From positions 1 through 64,000 of the forward strand of contig NIVC01000911.1 of NCBI GenBank assembly GCA_002269645.1: a DNA stretch of 64,000 nt, read 5' to 3'. Positions 35,001 to 46,999 of the stretch are shown in pieces (position 1 is the stretch's first letter; every line of letters begins with the position of its first letter). A program made the position numbers and the translations under genes. The notes under the pieces are model-generated. The model ran no database searches. It was not told where the DNA came from and saw only the letters and a list, made by a program, of their open reading frames with translations. This DNA is from Macrostomum lignano. Lineage: Eukaryota.

Positions 35001-35167
35001 CGTCGCATATCAGCAATGAAAGTGTTCAAGAAGCCACCGATGAATCGTACAAATCGAAAACTTCCGACGATGTTGAATTTTCAGTGTTCAAGGATACAAG
35101 TCTGAGTCACTGCTGCTCCGAAGCTTCATTTAATTTCGCCCGAGGTCGTTACCTTCAAACAGTCTAA
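29077..35167 (+). CDS. Spliced gene: unknown 363-aa N-terminal domain plus two blocks of ankyrin repeats; exons 29077-30164, 30258-30327, 30556-31166, 34038-34071, 34147(or 34117)-34893, 34961-35167
   Basis: All inferred GT-AG junctions are phase-consistent (GT|+A, CAG|TGT, GA|+A, CAC|GAA). ANK motifs NRTALHCAA, DQTALHCAV, GKTALLIAV, RTPLMWAA and GNTALHLAA. The 3' end is uncertain. Confidence 0.75.
31182..31550 (-). mobile_element. tRNA-derived SINE with A-rich tail, flanked by a 159-bp direct duplication (31023-31181 / 31554-31712)
   Basis: Minus-strand head GGGCCGTAGCCCAGCGGTAGCGCAG...GGCTCGATTCC (A and B boxes). T-rich tail on the plus strand at 31182-31198. The body matches the copy at 60690-61032. 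Confidence 0.85.
31730..31965 (+). mobile_element. Headless SINE of a related subfamily
   Basis: Shares the core CCAACCCCCAAGGCGCAG.GAGTGTACATG with the neighbouring SINE and the 3' part (CAGTAT.GGTGCGCTT...GCAGAATTGCC) with the copy at 50840-51200. Confidence 0.65.
32536..32742. repeat. Near-perfect inverted repeat: 93-bp arms with a 21-nt loop (foldback or MITE-like)
   Basis: 32536-32628 is the reverse complement of 32650-32742 except for two positions. Confidence 0.92.
33035..33770 (+). mobile_element. Internally deleted Tc1/IS630-type element (N-terminal HTH only)
   Basis: ORF 33198-33575 reads RQRLIPAIDQGSSLKEAAKILQVPVSIAYRIVKDYQQEGRLEALPRGGRK...CTLNELR, a Tc1 paired-like HTH. Degenerate inverted ends (GACCATAGAC...GGACAATCAAA.TGAGA). 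Confidence 0.7.
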
Positions 35168-35714
35168 GCTACCAACTGAATTTTCTATTTCAAGATGAAA
35201 AGTCGGCAGGGTCCCAGGTGTCAGCTTCGCGAGTTAGCATGGATAGTCAGTGCTTATAGGAAGGGAGATCTGTTGGTTAGTTGGTTGGTTCTTGTTGTAA
35301 ACTTCAGCAACATACGACGACTTGACACTCAGCTTGCACAATTATTCAGTTATAATCTCGCTAAAATACACTGTAGTAAATGCTCTTTATGGCTATAGAA
35401 AATATAAAAACCATCTATGAATAAGTTTAAAAGTACTTTTACATGTTACTTGTGGTCAAGTCAGTGAATTCCAGGGTGGACTCTACATTGAGCCACGAAT
35501 GCCAAATTATTGCTCTTAATTGTATACTTTCCATGCAGCAGAATGTGACTAAGTATCCTTTTACGAGCTATCTATGTATTTTGTAGCAATTGTGAACCGT
35601 AGCTTCTGGAACTGCCTTTTCTTTAGTTTAATCAACTGTGCTGCCGTTTCCTCTGAGAAATCAATTTTTTTTACATTTGTTTCGAAACTGCTTATCTGAC
35701 TATTCAGTGGTACC

Positions 35715-37963
35715 CACAGATACTATAAACACTAGATAGGCCACTCAGGCTAATTTTCTGGGCAAGTTTTTTATTCTACTTTCTGCTTAGTAGCAATGAA
35801 AGGAAGCAACAGTATTATTTGCTAAATTAGACAAATCGAGTGACTGTTTTTAAGACATCGTTTTGCTAACGCCATAAACAACTAACTTGTTTTGTGCAGT
35901 AATGGTGTACATTAAGACGCGACAGACAGTGTGCAATGCCGCTATCTTTCAAAGTGGAGGAAGGGGGGTAGTCTGGAATAGGGTTAATATCAGTTTCGTA
36001 TAAGGCAGGGTGAGTGGATCGATAATTTAGGCCCACTGGTGGTGGGATAGAAAATAAAGGACTGCACATAGCTAGCCTGGGTTAGGGGTGGGGGTTGAGA
36101 GGTTGTGGGTTAGAAAATTTGGGGTGGCGAATCGTGCTTAAATACAAGCTTATATAGATGAACAGGACAAGAGTCAGAGTTAAAGAAAGTTCGAGTGCAT
36201 ACTAGCTTTTCTATCTAATCTTGTACTCGAGAAATGTTTTGATTCGAACCACTGCTGTGCTCCCACTTGCACGAGCTTTGTACTAGTGCTATTAACATCC
36301 GAGAAAGAAAAATCCGTTGCGAATGCATAAATTACCAAAAGATGACACTGGCGAAGCGCTGGCAGCAGCTACTGCAGGAGCGTGGATATTGACCTTTATA
36401 AACAATTAAATCACGGGGCCTCCGTGTGTTCAGCTTGCACTTTATGGACGAGGCCTACTGCTGCCTTACAAAGTGCCACGGATGTGCAAGACATCTGTTT
36501 TCGCTGGGACGCAATCCCACACCAAGAGTTGATGCTGCCTCGGCTCGTTCAAATAGACCAGCTACCCTCTGTGCAAAGGACTGATAAACGATGAAGAGGC
36601 AGACGACATGTACCCTCCAGTGCTGGGGCCAATTAGCAATCTATCTGCAGCCGAGCCTGCGACTTGCCTGCTGCCAGTGCTGTGGCAGAGCAACCTTCGG
36701 CTACCAGATTCTGCGCCGAGAACAGCTGTTGCGGCTGAAAGCTCTCACCTCTGCAGCCGATTCGCGGGTTCCAAGCGCTAGAGGCAACGATCAAGCGGCT
36801 GCAGCAACGATCCCGAGGCCGAAAGTGACAGGCGAATCAAGCGGCTGCAGCGGCAATCCCGAAAGCGACAGGCAAATCAAGCGGCTGCAGCGGCAATCCC
36901 GAAAGCGACAGGCAAATCAAGCGGCTGCAGCGGCAATCCCGAAAACGACAGGCAAATCAAGCGGCTGCAGCGGCAATCCCGAAAGCGACAGGCAAATCAA
37001 GCGGCTGCAGCGGCAATCCCGAAAGCGACAGGCAAATCAAGCGGCTGCAGCGGCAATCCCGAAAACGACAGGCAAATCAAGCGGCTGCAGCGGCAATCCC
37101 GAAAGCGACAGGCAAATCAAGCGGCTGCAGCGGCAATCCCGAAAGCGACAGGCAAATCAAGCGGCTGCAGCGGCAATCCCGAAAACGACAGGCAAATCAA
37201 GCGGCTGCAGCGGCAATCCCGAAAGCGACAGGCAAATCAAGCGGCTGCAGCGGCAACATTCGATGGTCAAGGCAAGTGAAGCGCAGTCGTGCATCCATAG
37301 ACTGTGGAGGCGTGGCTAGCGCAGCTTCCAGCGGTCGACTGGGCGGCAGGGCACTCGCAGTCAGGGGTGCTCTGGTCAAAGGATGTCATCTCATCAGCAG
37401 CTCATTGCAGCTGCACCACAAAAGTCCTGCTGCTTATCGGCTGCCTGTTACGAAACCACTGAGGATTGGCTCTCCATCGGATACATCCCTGGACCTTGAA
37501 GTGGCGCATTCGCCAGTTTTTTTCATCTGTTGGGCCGTTCTGAATGCTGCCTCTGAACAAGGGCGACTGGCGACCCTGTTCTTCAACAGCACGCTGCGAG
37601 TTTCACAAACAGATGAGCTGATTAAGATGAGAAATCTTTCTATTTTGCTACACGAATATGGATTATGGAGTATATGATATAGCTCGTATTTGCTAAATAT
37701 ACAATAGTTGACTGCAATAATATAGCCTTCTATGCAATCTAAAGCATTCACAATGTTGCTTTGAATTGTGGAAAGTATAATTATAAGTTTCTTTTTGCAA
37801 AAAAATCAATACAATTGCTGCATTGCATTCATCTGTTTTTTTTATTTTTAAAAAATATAAATAACGCTAAAATGTTTTTACTACTACTAAGCAGAAAGTA
37901 GAGTAAACTGTCGTGTTGTGAAAATTAGCCTGAGTGGCCTATCTAGTGTTTATAGTATCTGTG
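35715..37963 (+). mobile_element. P-superfamily DNA transposon, non-autonomous and degenerate (THAP domain plus transposase remnants)
   Basis: Perfect 43-bp TIR CACAGATACTATAAACACTAGATAGGCCACTCAGGCTAATTTT. 8-bp TSD GTGGTACC at 35707-35714 and 37964-37971. Frameshifted THAP remnants (NHCCAPTC, MHKLPKD..KRW, VCS.LHF, RWDAIP) and the P-transposase motif LQLHHKSPAAYRL. Confidence 0.85.
36841..37256. repeat. 40-bp minisatellite with a 120-bp higher-order period inside the P element
   Basis: Ten full units GCGGCTGCAGCGGCAATCCCGAAA(G/A)CGACAGGCAAATCAA; the A variant recurs at every third unit (36921, 37041, 37161). Confidence 0.97.
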
Positions 37964-39996
37964 GTGGTACCAGCAATTCGTGTTCGTGTTCGTATCAGCA
38001 TATTCTCTTAAGCAAAATAACTGTGATATTCAGAGCTTCGGTAATTAGTAAGTAGTATCAATACTCTGATATCGGACTCAGTTAAAGGAAAGTAAACACT
38101 GACTGTACCATTTCTGCAGAAACTTTGTTAAAAATAATTAAAATTAAAAAAATCACTGGTTAGGGACAGTTAAAAATTGTATCAACAGATCATACTCAAT
38201 GCTTTTCATGAAAGTGCGGATAAGATATTTTATAGCTACAGCTGTAGGTGAGGTTATCATTCGAATCGATAAACACCAATAATAGAAAGACTATTGCACA
38301 ATCATCAGCCATCGATCGAATTGATTTTCCAAACGATATCTCTAGCTGGTACTGTCTAAGATTATCGTTTAGTCTGCGTTTTAATAATGTTTAACAAATT
38401 GCCATTGCTTGTACTCTCGGGTCAGAGCTGTACTAACGCGAATTTTGATGGCTGCCATATCTGAGTCTACTTAATGTAGGATCTAAGGGCTGGTTAAAAT
38501 TGTATTTCTAAGTGAAAGTAATGAAATTTTTGTTTGTCGTTTTGTACATCAAAAGTTATCAATCGAACCAACTGGATAGCACCCATCGGTTGGCTTCAGT
38601 TCAGTTACTTGGGTTTTGGCTCAGGAAAAACACAGGGTATGACGTTGTCCCATGCAGTCCGCTTTTCCCAGAATTAACTCTTACCTGAGAATAACTGTCC
38701 TTAGTACGTTATTGTCTACCGACTAATTATGTACCGTACAGGTGGAAGACCTGTATCCAGCCAACTGCATCTCCCCTAAAGGATCGGTATGAGAGAAGGA
38801 GTGGAAAGGTGGATTGGGGAAAAAGCAAACGAGACGAAACCATCAATTCCATAGCTAAAATATAAAATATAACTATATATAATATAAATTTATATTTATT
38901 TCATATTCATTGGCTGTGGTTGCAGGAATTCACAATGTAGTCCTTTAATAAACGGAGTTTTAAGTGTCTTGACTAATTTATATAGACGTAGCTACTGTTT
39001 TCAATAAAAGTGCATTTAGCTCACGAAGAAGTACTCGTACAACGACAATTGCAAGGTCGTAGCAGACTCGTGTGTTTATGATCTCAGGTATTAAAAAGCT
39101 TAACTGACAAATAATCCCGCCTAATATTTCGGATAATGTTTGGTTTCCAAAAAGGTTTTTAGATGGTTTTCAGCTGACATTCTAATATGTCTTTGATAAG
39201 CGATTTCATATTATCATCCAGTAATGAAAATAAACGTATTATTTCAATAATTTATAGTGATATTGCAATGGATTACAACATTTTGCTCTACTGATTACAA
39301 AAAAAGATTGAGCTTTCATTTTGTGGCGTCTCGTTAGACTAACACAGCAAAAAGTCGCGAGTAAGTAGGCAAGTAAGAATTCGGCCAAACGCACGCTCCA
39401 AAAAGGAAAACAACCCCGCGCCCATACGAGCTATTTCGTATCCAAACACGAATTATTAGGCGATCAATAAATTTAGCAGCAATAAAAAATATTACTTGTT
39501 TTGCGGAAAATTTACGTTGACGCCTACTTATAGTAGAGTAGTAAGAAAATATCCTTATTTGCTATTTACTAAAACGGCCATTTTAAGGGCTCTTTTACGA
39601 CAAAACACGTAATTTGCGGATGACTTTTTCTATTATTTTTTTCGAATGCTGATTTGTCAATATTTCAATAACAAATATTTAGAAAAATCGAAAAGAGTCG
39701 TGATGACTTACAGCTTTGTTCACATTGAATTCACTTTAAATCACACCATTACATGCAATATTGGTAAAAGTAATATCTGCTTCATTTAATACGCAATTTT
39801 ATTCATCGACTATAAAATTTTCAAGGTAAAAGAAGCACACTGCTTGAGTACATAAATCTAATCTAGTATGCCATTATCAAAAAGAAGCCGTAGGGCTTTA
39901 CAATAACATCTGAAACATTTGTCTTTTTGTTTAATGAGGAATCGCAACGTCCGGTACGAGCTAGTTCAGTATTTCAATCAGCCTCCAGCTCTCCCA

Positions 39997-42900
39997 TTAA
40001 CCCAGCAGAGGCTGTCGGCTGCTAGCTTCAGTCCCAGCAGCCTCTTCTACCGAAGACGGCTGAGTGCCGGATACTTCCGTCCATCGACCACGTCGTTGGC
40101 GTCTTCGTCTCACTGTGAAGACGGCAAAGCATGCGGCGACGATCAGAGCGACTGCAACGCCAATCGTGATGCAGACCGCAACGGCGCTGGTGACAACATG
40201 TTCGCCTCCCGATTGACCATCGACAGATTCCTTCGCGTTAGTAATGTCGCTCCAAGCCGACATCTCTGGCGGCTCTTCGAAGGGCGGCAGGCGACTCATT
40301 GTAATTCGATTGGAGCCGCCATGGGTGCCCAGGGCTCGGGTGCACTGCATTATCTCACAGCCATTGAAGATGTCGAGTGCCGACTGGGTGAAGCCTTCGG
40401 GACAGCGATGTGGCGGCGGAGGTGCCGGAGGAGGAGGACAGCTCGTCTTCAGAGAAACGATATGACGTCCGAGATCGGCCAGCGGGTTACCGGAGTGGCA
40501 AGTGAACAAACCGCCGAATGGGACTCGAGCAGCCCTGGCTGACTCGGTCATGTCCGAGCTGACGCACAAGGTGATGTCGCGGCCAATCCTGTAAGGCTTG
40601 TAGCTCGCTGGGCAAGCCTTGCCTCCGCCAGCGGGGTTGTCGACCCTTGGCGAGAAGGCGCCGCCGAACAGGGCACCGGACTGGCTCGGCAAGTTTTGGT
40701 CAGGTCGAACGGCGCACCAGTACGTCTTGACGACGGTTTTTCCTTTACGTAGAAACCTATCAGTTCATGGTTTTTAGGAATTTTATGTTTTGCTGGCCTA
40801 CATGCCTTTGAATTTACTATTAAGTGTCTTGGTTTCTGTATAGTTCGTAGCTTATAGATAAACATGCCTTACCAAAAGGGCCTTTCAAAGTCATGGCCAA
40901 CGAAGCTGAACAGAAGAATCTGAAAAGTAAGCAATGTGCAGTTTTCTAACTAATAACTTAAAAATGTACTGTGCTAAAGTATGAGTAAATCATGCTACCA
41001 TATAATTTGGTACTCAATAAAGTCTTGTGAGGTGTTTTGGCTAGATGCAGAGTAGAGTGATTTTATTTCTATTAATAAGAATTTCATGCGATGGGTCGCC
41101 CTCGCAAGCGCCGCCGAGTCACAAACTGCGACACCATGGCTCCGTTGGCTCTACGATTAGGCCATCGACTACTGCTCTGCGACTTGCGGCTTCAGGGCCA
41201 GCTCTACCGACTGCCAAAGGCTGAGTATTCCAAAATCAGCTCCGCCGTTAAAGAGGCTGCGGAGCTGACGGTCCCGCTGAAGCAGCCGGTAGACCATCAG
41301 ACAGGCCCAGGTCAACATCGAGCAAATCCGCAGATACCGGCGGCCCACGGGCGGCGCTAAAGACTTGTTTGAGAGCCTTCTAGACGAGCTGCAGCAGGTC
41401 GCTATCACGATGCCGTCCGAAATATTACTGCAGCTGGCCCCGACGTGAAGTGTGGACGGCCGTCCAGACTCTGACGTGGCGCAAAAAGCGCGCGGCGATG
41501 AACCTGACTGGCGACACCGTGTAATGAATTGCGCAACTTCTTCGCCGACATCGTGCACGCGCCTTCGTCGCCACTGCCCGACAGATTTGCGCTCCCACTG
41601 GACACGCCGATCTTAGTTGAGAAGGACTTCTGCACCAACCCAGTCACCAAGGAGGACGTTGTTCTATTCGCTCAGAAAACACCAAGCGGCAAGACGCTTG
41701 TGACATAGATTCTCGCACTCCGCCGAGTCATAAAGGAGGCGCGCATCCGCCAGTCTACGCTGATCATTGTCTTCGTTGGCTCTTGAAAGGCGGCGTTTGA
41801 CTTGGTGTGGAGAGCCGCGCTTTTCTTCCTTCTTCGAGTTTACCGGATCCCGCAGCAGCTGACGAAGCTGTCATGTCATGCCGTTTCTCGAGCTGCTGTG
41901 GTGACGGCGGAGTTCTGCAGGGTGACAGGCTAGCGCCCTTCCTCTTCGTGCTGCTGGGAGCTTCGGACCACACTTCGCTCGGCTGATGACGGCTTCCCGC
42001 TGCGCAAAAGGATCGGTCGTCGTCACGGCGAAAAGCGCCTGAGCGTGCTTGGCTACGCTGTCGACCTCGCCCTCCTGTCATCGTCCGTTGAAGGTGCCCA
42101 GGGCCAGATCGTAGGCTGGTCGTTGTGGCATCGAGCGCCGGGCTGGTTGTCAACTCGCTGAAGACCGAGGTGCTGACTGTGCCGGCCGACATCCCAGTGG
42201 ACCTGACGTGGCACGGCGCATACGGGCAGACGACAACGCTCGCACGCTGCCAGGAATTCATCTACTTCGGTGGTCTGGTGCCCACGTGGAGGAAGACCTG
42301 CGGCGGCGCAGAGGACTTGCCTGGGCGGCCTTCCGTTCGATCTGGGCCGTCCTCCAGTCCGAAGCGCTGTCTGACCGCCAGAGGGCTCAGGCGTGGTAGG
42401 CGGTGGTCGAAACCCGAGACGTGGACGCTGACGGCTACGCTAGAGCGGCAGCTGGACTCCGCGCAGTCAGGGCTGCTCCGTGCGGCCTTTCGAGCTGACG
42501 AAAGCGTGGGGACCAAGGCCCTGTACGACCGGGCCAAGCTGCAGCGCCCGTCCACTATCCCGTGTCGGCGGCGATTTCAACTGACAGGCCATGTAATCCG
42601 GGCCGAGGGCTACTGCCCCCAACCTGTTCCGGATGTCCTGCTGCTCACCTTGCAGGGCCGGGATCTAGCACGATCCCATCGATAGGCGGACTGCCTGCTG
42701 TGCTACGCTGGCGCACCCGACCCTGCCAACGGGGCGGACTTCGTCTGCTCTTGGGCTCTGCGGCGCGCCATCTGACGCACTCTGCTCTTACTGCGAACTT
42801 GCATAAAGGTAGCGCACTTTGTTGTTGTTGTTAAATTAATCCTTCTGAGGCTGTCAGCATTGAAAACCAACCTAAAGACTATTCAATCAATACAAGCGTA

Positions 42901-45126
42901 CAGTTGAAATCCAAAGCCAGAAAGTCAAAGCCAGTAGTATTTGCTACATGCTGTACTTTTCAAAAGAATTGAATTCAAATCAATTTGAGAACAATTACCG
43001 GTTCGTAACCATCCGGACACGAATAACCGCCTGTGAAGTGATTGATCTGCACTGGGCTGTGTGCTTGGCCGCACAAAGGGTCCGGAAAATTGGTTCGAAA
43101 CTCTTCGCAGGTTTGGTAGACGCCGCCGAAAGAGAAGTTTGTCAGCGGCGCGTCGCAGGAGCCCTCGATGTTAGCTAGCGGTTCGAAGTTTGGCGACTCC
43201 GGGTTCAGACAGCCTTTGACTGTGTTCACTGTGTAATATCTGGATTCGATTTGAGCTAACTGTTAGCTGAGTTGGAATTTTAAGACGCAAAGAAGTAATG
43301 TGTCGGAGCTCACCTTGTTACTGCATCTTTCACAGCGCTTCGAACGCCGTTCACACTTAGTCTGGGCAGTTCCGGAAGGGTACGGTGGGTTACAAGGGTA
43401 AACAGCAAAGCTCCAAACCGATCGATGGCAATAAAATTTTGCTTCAATCCATTCTTCCAGCTGGTCAGGTTGATTTTGTCTCCCACCGGTGGTCCGCCGT
43501 GCGCGTTTACCGTGGTCTTCTGTACACTTTTTTGATAGTCCTTTAGCTCCTTATCTGTTACAACAAGGGTAGAGGACTCCCCTGCGCTAAAAAAGTTAAA
43601 GAAGCTGACGCTCATGCACTGGGTGATTTTGTTGGTCGTATAATGAGCCTCTTTAAGCGAATCCAGCTGGAAGTAGTCCAGCTTTTCAAGGACAGCACCA
43701 GCATCCAGCGACGTAATCACGTGCGTGCCAAAATCTCGGACGAGAAGGTCTGACAGATATCTACCGGTATTTAAAAAATTGAAACAAATTGTTTAATAAT
43801 AATAAATCGATACCATTTCTCGATCAATTCTATACATAATATTACTTCGTAACTTCACCTAGCACTATTCGTAAGGTTCTGCTGCACCGCTTTGCCGATT
43901 TCTACCAGTCGATTTTTAAAGACACGACTCAGCCGAAAGTCTGGCAGCATTCGAGCTACATACATTTTATACCGTAGTTGAGTTCGACCGACTTGAGTCT
44001 TGCTGTACAATAACGTCTCCTTCACTTCCTGGAACTCCTCGCTAAACTGACCGCCGATCCCGAACAGGCCACCAAAAAAAGAGCCTCCGCCGCCAGCATT
44101 GACGGTGCGACTTGTCGAGCTGGTGTAGTTACTGGAGTGCTCAATCACTTTTGAGATCAGGCTCACGTGTGACTCCTTGATCGGGTAGGCCAAGACCTGA
44201 CCCGGCAGGGCGTAGAAGCCGTCAACGGAGAGGCTGCAGTCGGCAGAGAGCGACACGTCGGCGACTGGCCCCATCTCGCGGTTTCGCAGGTTGTCCCAGC
44301 CATTGCCTTTATTAAATGAGATGTAACGAAAGCCATTGTCATTAATCGCATCAATAGCAGTGTTTCATACGAGGTATTATCATATCATCAACACTGAAAA
44401 ACTCAACGGCAACTAAAAGCAACAGGCAATGCTTCTTATTAGAGTAAAAAAGTTTTCGTGGAATGAAATGTTTCGCAAAATCAAGTCTAATTATAATTTA
44501 ACGCGATTTAATTCAAGTTGGAGTGCTTTGTACGTTTTTGCAATTTTTTATTTATTTGTAACACACGTTAAATCATGTAGAAAACAACACGTAGCTATTA
44601 TATTTTCAACAAATACTAGTCTCTCATTTTTCTTGAGGGATCAAAGCCACCAAAGTCTTTGTTCAATCGACAACTAATAAAAATCTAGCTGCTTTAATAA
44701 TACTTTTAAATATGCTTAACATCAAACGGTTGCCCAAGTGTAATTTGCCAAGTGTTTTTCTTGACAGCAATCCGGCGTCAGCGACGCATTTCGTCTTTAT
44801 CCGTAGGTGTAATGTTGAAAAGTAAGGTTAAAGTACCAATTTTCTAACGACATCCATCGACGTCCTGTACATGACCGTCGGATACGTTGGTAGACGTTGC
44901 AGTGTGTTGAACGGAATTACGATTATTTCTCGACATAGAAATGCAGCAAGAATGATGCTCATCCTGTTTATCAGCTTAGAAATTTACCTGGTAGTACTGG
45001 GAAACCTTTGACGTCCTCCTTTCCGACAATCCAAGGACAGAGTAGGTTGGTTTCTAGCTCATTTTCAGCTGCTGCCAAAGCGCTTTTCATTAGCGCGAAA
45101 GTTATCAATAGTGCTAGGTGTCTCAT
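39997..45126 (-). CDS. MPEG1: MPEG1/perforin-2-like pore-forming protein, copy A (signal peptide, MACPF, P2, TM, cytosolic tail), multi-exon
   Basis: Signal peptide MRHLALLITFALMKSALA. VLPG|NGWDNLRN is a phase-consistent splice. Further motifs: DFGTHVITSLDAGA, HGGPP, AIDR, FSFGGVYQTC, TGGYSCPDGY, TYWCA...LFGG, PFGGLFTC..GNPLA, CPEGF...GCEI..C, then TM VVTSAVAVCITIGVAVALIVAACFAVF. Confidence 0.92.
41085..42832 (+). mobile_element. Degenerate RTE-type LINE inserted antisense in an intron of MPEG1 copy A
   Basis: Endonuclease-end motif (GHRLLLCDLRL), RT motifs (VLQGD.LAPFLFVLLL, a YAVDLALL-type motif, VNSLKTEVL, EFIYFG), 3' region (ETWTLTATLERQLD, CPQPVPDVLLLTLQG) and a (TTG)n tail at about 42818-42832. 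Many frameshifts. Confidence 0.85.
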
Positions 45127-46999
45127 CTTTTCAATAAATTTAACAGAATGGTCTACGAGCGTATGTGACCGAACGTTATTAAGCTTGTTTGGTGGCGCTT
45201 TTATCTGCTTCAAAAGCAGAGTCAGAGATATTCTTAGCAGCGATGAATAATTGTTTATCCAAGGTATCGTATAAAAACAGCTATGAATCATCTGCACGCT
45301 TATTATTTCATCATCAATAGCTATTTAATTGCGTACGGCACGTGACTGCCCCGCTTACCGAAAGTTCAGGCCGAATAAAGCAATTTAAAGTGTTACCCTC
45401 GTACTTTAGATTTAGCAGTTACGCGGGATATTTTTTTTATCTTTGTATCTTTGTATCTATCTTTGTAAGCCAACTTTGTAATTATTTACTTTTTCTAGCA
45501 TACGACAAGATTTTTTCTAGCCTGCGGCTAATTGACATCTTTATGCGCAAGTTAGAAAGGCTCTCCGGATGCTTTCCGTGTTATTTCAATTAATCTAGGC
45601 TGCACGATAGTTATCACTATGTCTTCATTGCAGGGGTATTTTATCCAAACCAGGTCTACAGTTTAAATTTAGTGTTAAAGCGTCAAAATCTACGGTTTGG
45701 ATTACTCAAAAGCAATTCAAAATAAAATTCGATGAACCGACCCTTTGGTTTGTGCACCTGAACATCTGTCTGTATTTTACTCAGACACCTCATCGCTCGA
45801 CACATTTTGTAACCCCAACCGCAACCCATCATAACGACAGTGGCAATCTCAAGGTGAAAATATCGACATGCAGAAAATTTTCTGTTACGAACCAAAACTT
45901 TACCAAAACAAAACCTAATTATCGATAAAAATATCACTGTGCTTTTCGCAGCTGGCCTTGCTAAGTGTTGGGGTTTAAAGGTACTAAGCATCGAATAACT
46001 TTTTAGCGCATCAACAGCAGTATACATGATCCTTGAAAACTAACTTACAGGTTACAGAAATAGAAAAAATGTGAAGATCATCATACAACACATTCTTCAT
46101 CCATGGAGATTTTTATTGTACCATTAGGCAAAATTAAACATTTAGTCATTGAGGTCTATAGAAAAGGCAGGAGACTCTGCAACCAGTGTGAATCTCTGAG
46201 TCAGTTTTGACTGTGGCTTGTAATGTAGCATTTCTACCTCTGATGCCTACTCTAAAGTTACGCTCGTATATGCGAAAATCTCACCTAGCCAAAAATATTA
46301 TCAAATGCTTTTTTCATCGCAATCTGGTTTGCCCGGCCCACATGCGACACAAATAGCATAAAAATGTGTTTAATTCGGCTATATTTGAGCATGAAGACTT
46401 ATTTTTGTTTCTCAACTTTACGCCAATCCATAAATATCAGGATCACGTACGAGCAATATTCAGTCTCATATTTTGAAAGGCAACCCCCTATTCAGACAAA
46501 ATTTTGATCGCTCTCCATACTGTTACCGCGATATCAACTTCGAACCAAATCAAGTACATGCTGTAGTGAGAATGTTGGCACCGATTTAATAGTTCGAAAA
46601 GGACAGTACTTAGCTGGAAAAATTAATCAATGATCGTCGACTAACGGTATCATTTTCACAGAATATATTTAGGCATAAAATATCAACGCTATTGCCTGCG
46701 AGGAAATATACCTAAATACGCCACACATGCTACATTTACAGCAATCAATTTTCCAATATTATTAACTATTAGTCATTGAGCACAATACAACAGAAACGTT
46801 GAATACATGAATCTAAGCTGATTTGCTATGATTTTCTTATCTTAACAAATTCATCCATCAGTAAAGCATTACATCCAAACCTGTTACATTTATTGTGTAT
46901 TGCTTGTACAAGCGTAGTTTTTTAATGACAAATCAGAAATTGGGACTCCACGCCTAGTACGAGCTAGTTCAGTATTTCAATCAGCCTCCAGCTCTCCCA

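Noticed and set aside
38000-39900. Scattered splice-like signals suggesting further exons
   Set aside because: I could not build a phase-consistent model on either strand.
42975-42995. Apparent premature stop in both MPEG1 copies after ...GYEPVIVLKL(I/L)*
   Set aside because: A donor CCG|GTAATT precedes it and the next exon continues in phase (GYEP-ILLFSF), so the stop is intronic.
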